Positions 57,125 through 64,000 of a stretch of 64,000 nucleotides of DNA are shown piece by piece. The stretch is from the NCBI GenBank assembly GCA_002167285.1, contig NHDG01000117.1:2188-66187 (forward strand). Reading direction: 5' to 3'. The notes beneath the pieces were generated by a model. The model searched no databases and was not told the DNA's origin. It saw only the letters and a list, made by a program, of their open reading frames with translations. Made by a program: the position numbers and the translations under genes. The stretch's first letter is position 1. Every line of letters starts with the position of its first letter. Source of the DNA: Planctomycetia bacterium TMED53. GTDB taxonomy: Bacteria > Planctomycetota > UBA8108 > UBA1146.

Positions 57125-58548
57125 TCGAAATCCTCGGAAAGGTACTGGTTGCAGACGATGAGAGATCACAGAGAGAGATCCTCGTCTCTTCTCTCGAGAA
57201 GAGGGGTTATCAGGTCACCGGCGTAGCCAATTTGAAAGCAGCCATCGACGCGTTTGAGCAGGCACGGGAAGAAGGGGCCCCCTTCCATACAGTGGTTACA
57301 GATCTGCGCATGCCCACTGATAAAGAGGGCCTTGAGCTGCTGGTTCATGTGCGAACTGAAGATCCGCTATGCGAAGTGATTCTGGTGACGGCATACGCCT
57401 CCAGTGATGTGGCGTTTCAATCGGGCGAAGCGCGAGCATTTGCCTTCCTTGAAAAACCGCTCGATTTTGAAAAGACGATTTTCACCATCGATTCTGCCGT
57501 CGAAAAATCACGACTTGCACATGAAAACGCTAACCTTCGTCAGTTGATCCATGGACAAAACAGCTTCTGTGGATTGGTCGGCAAAGAAGAAAGTATGAAG
57601 CACCTTTATCAGTTGATTGAGCGGGTGTCCTCCTCTGATGCGTTGTGCTTGATTCGTGGTGAGAGTGGCACCGGTAAAGAACTGGTGGCGAGGGCTGTTC
57701 ATGATTGCAGTCAGCGAAGCGCTCAACCTTTTGTAGCCATCAACTGCGCGGCAATCCCACCGAATTTGATCGAGAGCGAGCTTTTCGGACACGAAAAGGG
57801 CGCATTTACCGGCGCCTCATCCCGCCGTTCAGGACGTTTTGAAGATGTCGGGAATGGTAGTCTCTTTCTCGACGAGATCGGTGCGATGGCGCTCGAACTT
57901 CAACCGAAACTTCTTCGAGCCCTCCAGGAGATGGAGTTTTCTCGTGTGGGGTCAGTAGAAACGATCCCCTTTAACGGTCGGATCATCGCGGCAACAGCAA
58001 GAGATCTCGAAGAAGCGGTTCAGCAAGAAGAGTTTCGTGAGGATCTGTTTTTCCGCTTGAACGTGGTCGTTCTCGATATTCCGCCTTTGCGCGAAAGAAA
58101 AGGTGACCTATCACTCTTGGTGGATCACTTCATCGCCAAGGGGCGTTTACGTCACAACAGGGATTTCGAGGGCGTGACTCCGGAGGTGATGGATGCCTTC
58201 GAGAGCCATAGTTGGCCCGGCAATGTTCGCGAGTTGGAAAATTGCCTCGAACGGATGATGGTGCTCACAGAAGATTCCCTCTTGGATGCCAAGCTGTTGC
58301 CTCCGGGTCTGAAAAACTCTCAGAGTGGCGTAAAGATTGACGAAGAGAGTCATTTTTCACTGCCCTCGGAAGGACTAGTCCTCGAAGATTTGGAAAAGGA
58401 CCTCATCTTACAGGCCCTTCTTCGCTCCGATGGAAAACTGGAACCCGCGGCGAGAATGCTAGGGATCACCTACAAGACCCTTCAATACCGCATCAAGAAG
58501 TATGGACTGAGGGAAACTTCGGACGGAGTGGGTCATGAAAAAGAATAA
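57121..58548 (+). CDS. NtrC-family sigma54-dependent response regulator (REC-AAA+-Fis HTH)
   Basis: REC domain with phospho-acceptor context VVTDLRMP, AAA+ motifs GESGTGKE and ESELFGHEKGAFTGA, and HTH AARMLGITYKTLQYRIKKYG. The ATG overlaps the kinase stop. Confidence 0.9.
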   Translation: MIEILGKVLVADDERSQREILVSSLEKRGYQVTGVANLKAAIDAFEQAREEGAPFHTVVTDLRMPTDKEGLELLVHVRTEDPLCEVILVTAYASSDVAFQSGEARAFAFLEKPLDFEKTIFTIDSAVEKSRLAHENANLRQLIHGQNSFCGLVGKEESMKHLYQLIERVSSSDALCLIRGESGTGKELVARAVHDCSQRSAQPFVAINCAAIPPNLIESELFGHEKGAFTGASSRRSGRFEDVGNGSLFLDEIGAMALELQPKLLRALQEMEFSRVGSVETIPFNGRIIAATARDLEEAVQQEEFREDLFFRLNVVVLDIPPLRERKGDLSLLVDHFIAKGRLRHNRDFEGVTPEVMDAFESHSWPGNVRELENCLERMMVLTEDSLLDAKLLPPGLKNSQSGVKIDEESHFSLPSEGLVLEDLEKDLILQALLRSDGKLEPAARMLGITYKTLQYRIKKYGLRETSDGVGHEKE

Positions 58549-58692
58549 ATTTCTTCTACCGGAACCTACGGGTGGCCGGATGAAAGTATGCGAATCGAGT
58601 ATAAGTAACATGGGTCGAGAGACGTTGTTGTCGAGGCCCATAAAGTTGCAGTTCACCACCCGGGAGGGGTGGATCTGCGAAGGAGATTCAGA

Positions 58693-61600
58693 ATGAATAC
58701 GGCAACCAAAGCAGGGGTGATCGCACTCTTGATTGCGGGTTTATGTATTATCGTCATCAGTTTCATGGGCGATTCGATGGATGGTCCCGATTTCGATCCA
58801 GGACCAGGTACTGGCGCATCGACTTCGACCCAGGAAGAAACCCGTCCGGAGGTCAAGCTCCCCGAGAGGCCTAAAACTCTCGTTTCGGTGCAGGGCATCG
58901 TTCGTGACAACAATGGCACCCCATTGCCCCAAGCCAGGGTGATGGTTTCCCGCTATCAGGGTGGTGAAGGTGTCGGCCTTGCACGAGTGGATGAAACCCA
59001 AGCTGGAGCCGACGGTCGCTTTAGCTTTTCTGACCTCATCCCCGGTATGTACCGCTTTAAGGCGGAGCTGAGGGGATACCAAGGAGGTCAAAAAGAAACG
59101 ATGCTCGTCGGCGATGCCAACATCACCCAAGAGGAAATCGTATTGGTACTCTCTTCGGGTATGAGTATTAGCGGACGAATTTTGGACCCAGCTGGATCAC
59201 CGGTTGTCGGTGCCCAGGTTGCTGGGTTCAAAGAGCGTGTCGAACAGGATGCACCTCTTCAAACTCGTCTTCAGGTATTGCTCAATCTTGAAGAGATGCA
59301 GCAGGAGAACGGAATCGTAGCGGTGACCGATGGTAATGGTCGCTATGAAGTCGTAGGGCTTGAGAATATTTCTTACCGACTTCAAACAGTGGCTTCAGGC
59401 TTTTCTCCCGCAGAGAAGAGATACATCCCTGCAGGCAGCACCGACGTCGATTTCTTCCTTGAGTTGGGCGGAACCCTTTCTGGTAACGTCTCCGAAAATG
59501 GAGGAGCACCAGTTGCCGATGCGCTCGTCGAAATCTACCGTCAAACCGGAACGATGGACATCATCGAAATTATTCAGGAGAGGGCATTCCCTCCCCTCGC
59601 GAGTCGCATGACTGATGGATCTGGTCAGTTCGAGTTCAATGAATTAGGTGGTGACTCAGAGTTCAGGTTGGTGGTTCGAGCAGATGGCTATCAGCCGCGC
59701 CAGTTCGAGAAGCTGACAGTACTTCCTGGAGGCGCGGAACGCGTTGACGTCATTCTAGATCGTGGTCTCGTCATCGAGGGAACGGTTTACGACCCGGAAG
59801 GGAATGCACTCGCTGGGGCTCGCTGCAAAATCAATCCGATGGGAACTCGCACGGAAGGTCCTCCCATCGAGCTGACAGACGATGGCTTGGAAACCGATGA
59901 GAGTGGCAACTTCCGTTTCGACACACTCGACGATCTCGACTACCGTCTCGTCGTCAGCTTCCCTGATTTTGCCACTCACCAGCAGTTGAGAATCAGGCCA
60001 TCCGGAGAGCCGTTGAATATTCAACTCACAGAGGGCGCAGCCATCAGTGGCGGAGTCTTTGATGCTGAGACGAGCGCACCGATCGCCGGAGCGATGGTGA
60101 TGGTGAATGACGTCGCCGACGTGAAGAAGAGCGCCGTCACCGATTCCTCTGGGCTTTACTACGTTAGAGGAGTGACTGAACAGCGCAGACCCATCGCCTT
60201 CCTGAATGTTGATGCCAAAGGATACATGCGTTCAGGCAATGTTGAGGCGAGTGTTACAGAGGGGACTGAGACGACCGGGCAGGATTTTTACCTGCAGCGA
60301 AACGGAGTCGTTCGCGGTGTCTGCATCGATGCCAATGGGCAGCCGCTGCCTGGTGTTTCTGTCAGCGCGCGGAAGATGCATTCGGAGCAGAACCCGGTTG
60401 TCGTCAATGCCGCTCCTCCTGTCACCAGTGCAGAAGATGGCTCCTTTGAGATTACAGAGGTGTCTCCCGGTAGTGGTATGTTTGTCGAGGGGACCCACTC
60501 GCAGTATCTGACATCCCAATCAGACAACTTCGATCTTATGGCAGGTGGTTCTATCGAGAATTTGACACTGACGATGAAAATCGGTGGTCAAATTAGTGGA
60601 ATCGTCATCGACGAATCAGGTGTGCCTTTGGAAGGCGCAGTTGTTGCGGTGAGAGATGAATGGCTTGGAGATGTGAACCCTGAATCCTTACCTAATAAGA
60701 CGGTATCGGATGCAGCGGGGCAGTTCTCATTGCGCAGTCTCTCTGCTGGGTATCACAACTTGATCTGCTCCAACTCGGGATACTTAACTGTCGAAATGAG
60801 TGAGATCGCTGTTGAAGAAGGAATGAACACCGCCAACATTGAGTTGAAGTTGACTCGCGGCGCAACTCTTGAGGGATATGTCACTGATCTTACCGGTGAG
60901 CCGATTGAAGGAGCACGCGTCGTCGCCATCGATACCAGTGACGGCCTTCGCAAAATCTCAAAAAATTCTGATCTCACAGGGCGCTTCTCTTTCGATAATC
61001 TGGGGCGCTTCCCCGTTGATCTTGCTGTGGAGAAGAATGGATTTGCCGATGTTCGTCTTTTTGAAGTCGCCGTAGACGGACAGCCGATCACGGTTCAATT
61101 GGAAGCCCTCGGTGGCATGCGCGGAGTTGTCCTTCAAGAAGATGGCACTCCACTGCGAGCATTCAGTGTCTCCCCAAGGATCTATGAAGGTGATCGCGAA
61201 CTGACAAAAGTTCCCGCCAGAACTTTCCAATCTGAGGATGGGTTCTTCCAGTTCGACGGATTGGAGCCAGGCCTTTACAACGTGATCATCGGTGCTCCCG
61301 GATTTGCCCAGGCAAAGATCGAGGGAGTGACGATTCGTTCGAGCCAATGGGTTGACATTCAAACGGTTCGTTTGGGTCAGGGTGGAAGAGTCCTGGGCCA
61401 AATCATCGATGCGACCACAAATCAGCCGGTCGCCGGTGCAAAGGTCTCGGTGATCGGTGGAATTCGGAACTTCCTGACCAACTCAATTCAGTCCAGAGGC
61501 GGAGGGCGCAAAGATCAGGTGATGACTGGACCTGATGGATTCTTTGAGTTCATAGGCCTCTCTGCTCCACAGGTAGATTTGAAGGTTGAGCATCGTGCTT

Positions 61601-61941
61601 ACATCGGTGAAACGGTGAGGGACGTACTCAGCGGCACTGCAGATCTCGTCGTTGCCATTGGCAGCGGTGGAATCATTGAAGGTCGGGTCGTCGATGGGGC
61701 CGACTTTGTCGCAGGTGTCCAGGTTCTTCTTTCAGGGGGTGGCAAGGGGACTGATTCAAGGACCCAGACCGATCGCAAAGGGTTCTTTACCTTCCCGGGT
61801 TTGCCTTCCGGTACCTATACATTACGGGTTACCAGTTTTGGCACCGGTGATCGCAAGATTCCTCTCGATCAGGCACCGACAGCTCAGGTCAGCGTGGATG
61901 CCGGTTCATCGGAGTACATCGAATTTGATCTAGGTTCGTAA
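58693..61941 (+). CDS. Membrane-anchored protein made of about 11 tandem carboxypeptidase-regulatory-like (Ig-like beta-sandwich) domains
   Basis: N-terminal TM segment (AGVIALLIAGLCIIVISF) and a recurring motif about every 90-100 aa: [ILV].G.[IV].D..G.P[ILV].GA.V (e.g. ISGRILDPAGSPVVGAQV, IEGTVYDPEGNALAGARC, ISGIVIDESGVPLEGAVV, LEGYVTDLTGEPIEGARV). ATG 58693 has SD aaggag. Confidence 0.7.
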   Translation: MNTATKAGVIALLIAGLCIIVISFMGDSMDGPDFDPGPGTGASTSTQEETRPEVKLPERPKTLVSVQGIVRDNNGTPLPQARVMVSRYQGGEGVGLARVDETQAGADGRFSFSDLIPGMYRFKAELRGYQGGQKETMLVGDANITQEEIVLVLSSGMSISGRILDPAGSPVVGAQVAGFKERVEQDAPLQTRLQVLLNLEEMQQENGIVAVTDGNGRYEVVGLENISYRLQTVASGFSPAEKRYIPAGSTDVDFFLELGGTLSGNVSENGGAPVADALVEIYRQTGTMDIIEIIQERAFPPLASRMTDGSGQFEFNELGGDSEFRLVVRADGYQPRQFEKLTVLPGGAERVDVILDRGLVIEGTVYDPEGNALAGARCKINPMGTRTEGPPIELTDDGLETDESGNFRFDTLDDLDYRLVVSFPDFATHQQLRIRPSGEPLNIQLTEGAAISGGVFDAETSAPIAGAMVMVNDVADVKKSAVTDSSGLYYVRGVTEQRRPIAFLNVDAKGYMRSGNVEASVTEGTETTGQDFYLQRNGVVRGVCIDANGQPLPGVSVSARKMHSEQNPVVVNAAPPVTSAEDGSFEITEVSPGSGMFVEGTHSQYLTSQSDNFDLMAGGSIENLTLTMKIGGQISGIVIDESGVPLEGAVVAVRDEWLGDVNPESLPNKTVSDAAGQFSLRSLSAGYHNLICSNSGYLTVEMSEIAVEEGMNTANIELKLTRGATLEGYVTDLTGEPIEGARVVAIDTSDGLRKISKNSDLTGRFSFDNLGRFPVDLAVEKNGFADVRLFEVAVDGQPITVQLEALGGMRGVVLQEDGTPLRAFSVSPRIYEGDRELTKVPARTFQSEDGFFQFDGLEPGLYNVIIGAPGFAQAKIEGVTIRSSQWVDIQTVRLGQGGRVLGQIIDATTNQPVAGAKVSVIGGIRNFLTNSIQSRGGGRKDQVMTGPDGFFEFIGLSAPQVDLKVEHRAYIGETVRDVLSGTADLVVAIGSGGIIEGRVVDGADFVAGVQVLLSGGGKGTDSRTQTDRKGFFTFPGLPSGTYTLRVTSFGTGDRKIPLDQAPTAQVSVDAGSSEYIEFDLGS

Positions 61942-61969
61942 ATATCGATCCTCCTCAAATGAGGTATTG

Positions 61970-62009
61970 CAGGGAGCATTCGGGGTAAATGAACCCCGAA
62001 TGCTCCCTG
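61970..62009 (+). terminator. Strong hairpin after the repeat-protein gene (terminator-like, no U tract)
   Basis: Perfect 16-bp inverted repeat, cagggagcattcgggg (61970-61985) / ccccgaatgctccctg (61994-62009), with an 8-nt loop, 29 nt after the stop codon. Confidence 0.5.
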
Positions 62010-62323
62010 AACTAATTGAACCCCGCTCTGTGGGCTTCTCATAACCCAATATAAATATGGGGCTTAGAAGAAATGATGTGGTTTTAGGCGGAAGCTCACA
62101 TTTGGACCGTCATTTGCAATAATCGAAGAGGAAAGATCGCAGCGAAGGATTCTGTCCTCGTCCAACGTCTTACAGATGGAAACGACGATTGTGGAATGAC
62201 GATTCACGTCATGGATTAGCTGGCATGAATCTCCCATCCACTTGGATGGCTTTCTGAAGATGGTTTTCTGCGCTGCACAGAGTGAGTGGATCGAAAGAAT
62301 CGATCCGCAGGAAACGGAATCGC

Positions 62324-63586
62324 ATGAAGCAGATAACGAATTCTCAGAGTGATTTAGAGTTCGAAAAGAATTCAGAGTTTGAAAAGAACGGTGTTCGGAA
62401 TCCCGGTCCCCCTCCTCAGAGCCCTAACAGGAGTGTGCCGACGATTCCCTTCCTCACGGGGATAGGGGTGGCTTTGGCCGCATTTTGCCTGTTCTCCGGG
62501 ATTCCGACACTTTCCCTCGCCGGTCAGCAAGATCCTCCTGCTGAGGAGGCTGAGATCTCAGGGAAGGTTGTGATTTCTGATCAGGTGAAGGAAATCAAAC
62601 CTGCAAACGGCGAAAAGGCTCAAAACAAGAAAGAGCTAGGAAAGCCGACAGATTCCAAAACAGAAAAAGCAGGCTCCGATTCCAAAAAGGAAACAAGCTT
62701 CAAAGAAGCCCAACGCTGGGTTCAGCAATTGGGCTCAGAGTCTTGGGAAGAGCGAGAAGTTGCCTATTCCGAATTGTTGAAGTTGGGTGAGGCAGCCAGG
62801 GCAGCGCTTCAAGGTGCACTCAAAAGCTCCGATCCTGAAGTGGTCTCAAAATCAGAAGAGCTCCTTGCAGAGCTGGATAAGCCTTCTGTCGAGGAGTTGG
62901 TTCGTGAGAGTGCTCAGGCTGACGGCCGCTTCACGGGTCGTAGAAGAATTATCTCTGGTCCTGGTGGAATCGTGACTCTCGATTTAAATCCTCGTGAGGA
63001 AGGAAAGAGATCGGTTCGATTCGATCCGATTACCAAGGATTTGGAACGGATCGAGAAGGAGATCTTCAAAGAGTTTTTCGATTCACCCAGTCCACTCGAT
63101 ACCATCCGGGAAATGGAAAAGCAGCTGAGGCAAGATCCTCTGGAGAGATTACGCGGAGGATTGGTTATTGAAACTTTTCCTGGTGTTCGTATGTCCGGTT
63201 CCGTTTCCAAGGGCAGCTTCAGTCGTAATGAATACCGCAATGGAAGCTTGGCACTGAGTATCGAAGGAAAGAATGGCCGATACACCGTTGAGCCAATGGG
63301 TTTTGTCCTGGAGACGTTACACCCGGCGTTGAAGTCCCACCTTCCTCTAGCCAAGGACGCAGGCTTCTTGGTCAGATCGGTGCGTCCTGAAAGCCCCGCA
63401 GCCCAATTGGGGATTCAGCCCTGGGACATCCTTCTCAAGGCTGGAGATCAAAGCATCCAGAAAGAGGAGAAGTTGGCTGAGGTATTCCGCTTTCCTCGTG
63501 AAAGCGTTGCTTTGGAAATCCTCAGGCAGGGTCAACCGTTGCAGCTCAAGCCTGCCCCTGTCAGTTTGCAAGAAACCAAAAAATAG
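62324..63586 (+). CDS. PDZ-domain protein with an N-terminal TM segment and a HEAT-like helical segment
   Basis: TM segment IPFLTGIGVALAAFCLFSGI, a helical WEEREVAYSELLKLGEAARAALQGALKSSDPEVV segment, and a C-terminal PDZ-like region (FLVRSVRPESPAAQLGIQPWDILLKAGDQSI...ALEILRQGQPLQL). Start uncertain (GTG 62282 or ATG 62324). Confidence 0.55.
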   Translation: MKQITNSQSDLEFEKNSEFEKNGVRNPGPPPQSPNRSVPTIPFLTGIGVALAAFCLFSGIPTLSLAGQQDPPAEEAEISGKVVISDQVKEIKPANGEKAQNKKELGKPTDSKTEKAGSDSKKETSFKEAQRWVQQLGSESWEEREVAYSELLKLGEAARAALQGALKSSDPEVVSKSEELLAELDKPSVEELVRESAQADGRFTGRRRIISGPGGIVTLDLNPREEGKRSVRFDPITKDLERIEKEIFKEFFDSPSPLDTIREMEKQLRQDPLERLRGGLVIETFPGVRMSGSVSKGSFSRNEYRNGSLALSIEGKNGRYTVEPMGFVLETLHPALKSHLPLAKDAGFLVRSVRPESPAAQLGIQPWDILLKAGDQSIQKEEKLAEVFRFPRESVALEILRQGQPLQLKPAPVSLQETKK

Positions 63587-63615
63587 AATCTCGCTTCGAA
63601 TCGAAAGGCCCCGTC

Positions 63616-64000
63616 ATGTCAAACAGAGTTCATAAATGCATGATCTTGCTGGCAGGTTTTCTGCTGCCGGCTTGTATTCACGTTCATCCTTCAGGAGTGG
63701 CTCTCGCAGAAGATCCACAACTCAACACCGAGCAGCCTGCACGATTTATCGAGCTAGATGATCACGATTCTGACGTTGACTCAGAGCGCGCGATCATGGA
63801 GGAGGTGATGAGGCTCCGAGCCGAAATTAAAAAACTTCAGGAGCAGGTGGCTCGTTTGAAGTCGCTGCAAGCGGAGAGAGAATCATTGATGGGCGAAGTC
63901 GATCGATATCGGTGGAGCGAGATGGATGAAGCGATGGACTCCTTTATGCCGCCGAGGGCTTTTATGATGGAAGGTGAAGGCCCATTTCATGAGTTCCATG
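63616..64000 (+). CDS. Putative lipoprotein with a coiled-coil segment; the 3' end lies outside the window
   Basis: The frame is open from ATG 63616 to the window end and is absent from the ORF track because no stop is reached. Lipobox LLAGFLLPAC and coiled coil EEVMRLRAEIKKLQEQVARLKSLQAERESLMGEV. Confidence 0.45.
   Translation, partial: MSNRVHKCMILLAGFLLPACIHVHPSGVALAEDPQLNTEQPARFIELDDHDSDVDSERAIMEEVMRLRAEIKKLQEQVARLKSLQAERESLMGEVDRYRWSEMDEAMDSFMPPRAFMMEGEGPFHEFH

Noticed and set aside
58635-58650. GGCCCA-N6-TTGCA upstream of the 11-repeat protein, as a sigma54 promoter.
   Set aside because: The GG-to-GC spacing is 1 nt longer than canonical and the -24 element is poor. It is kept only as a note in the finding on the second sigma54 module.
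1-64000. CRISPR arrays, rRNA or tRNA genes, transposases, integrases, prophage genes and toxin-antitoxin pairs.
   Set aside because: No spaced direct repeats, no recombinase or transposase motifs and no cloverleaf-compatible sequences were seen on either strand. By-eye scanning cannot exclude short or degenerate elements.

Overview
This 64-kb chromosomal window comes from a Gram-negative bacterium. The gene content is reminiscent of PVC-type genomes (Kelch, HEAT and PEGA proteins, prenyltransferase-like envelope proteins), but that is inference only. I found no rRNA, tRNA, CRISPR array, transposase or integrase. Family assignments rest on motifs read from the translations; no database search was possible.

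Left part (1-27 kb), mostly housekeeping and envelope genes:
- An NAD-linked formate dehydrogenase pair whose alpha subunit carries an in-frame UGA (selenocysteine) followed by a SECIS-like hairpin.
- An M48 protease, an ArnT-like glycosyltransferase and a PAP2 phosphatase.
- radA, murD and hemF.
- A thiS-thiG operon fused by 4-nt overlaps to a CPBP protease and a dual-HTH XRE / S24-like regulator.
- An MFP plus two tandem RND permeases.

Centre (27-51 kb), the most interesting locus:
- A complete T2SS-like gene set, split into gspK-(C-like)-L-(M-like) on the + strand and gspD-E-F-G-H-I-J on the - strand.
- Between the two halves sits a Kelch lipoprotein / HEAT / Kelch lipoprotein operon.
- Three sequences with correct sigma54 -24/-12 spacing sit upstream of gspK, the Kelch operon and gspD.
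- A shared ATTT..ACA(A)CACTT motif occurs near all three.
- Immediately upstream, a Hanks Ser/Thr kinase is translationally coupled to an FHA-GAF-sigma54 activator.

Right part (51-64 kb):
- A LOR/SDH-like protein and a GlcD-like oxidase.
- A second sigma54 module (histidine kinase plus NtrC-type regulator).
- A protein of about 1080 aa with 11 repeats, a PDZ protein and a truncated lipoprotein.
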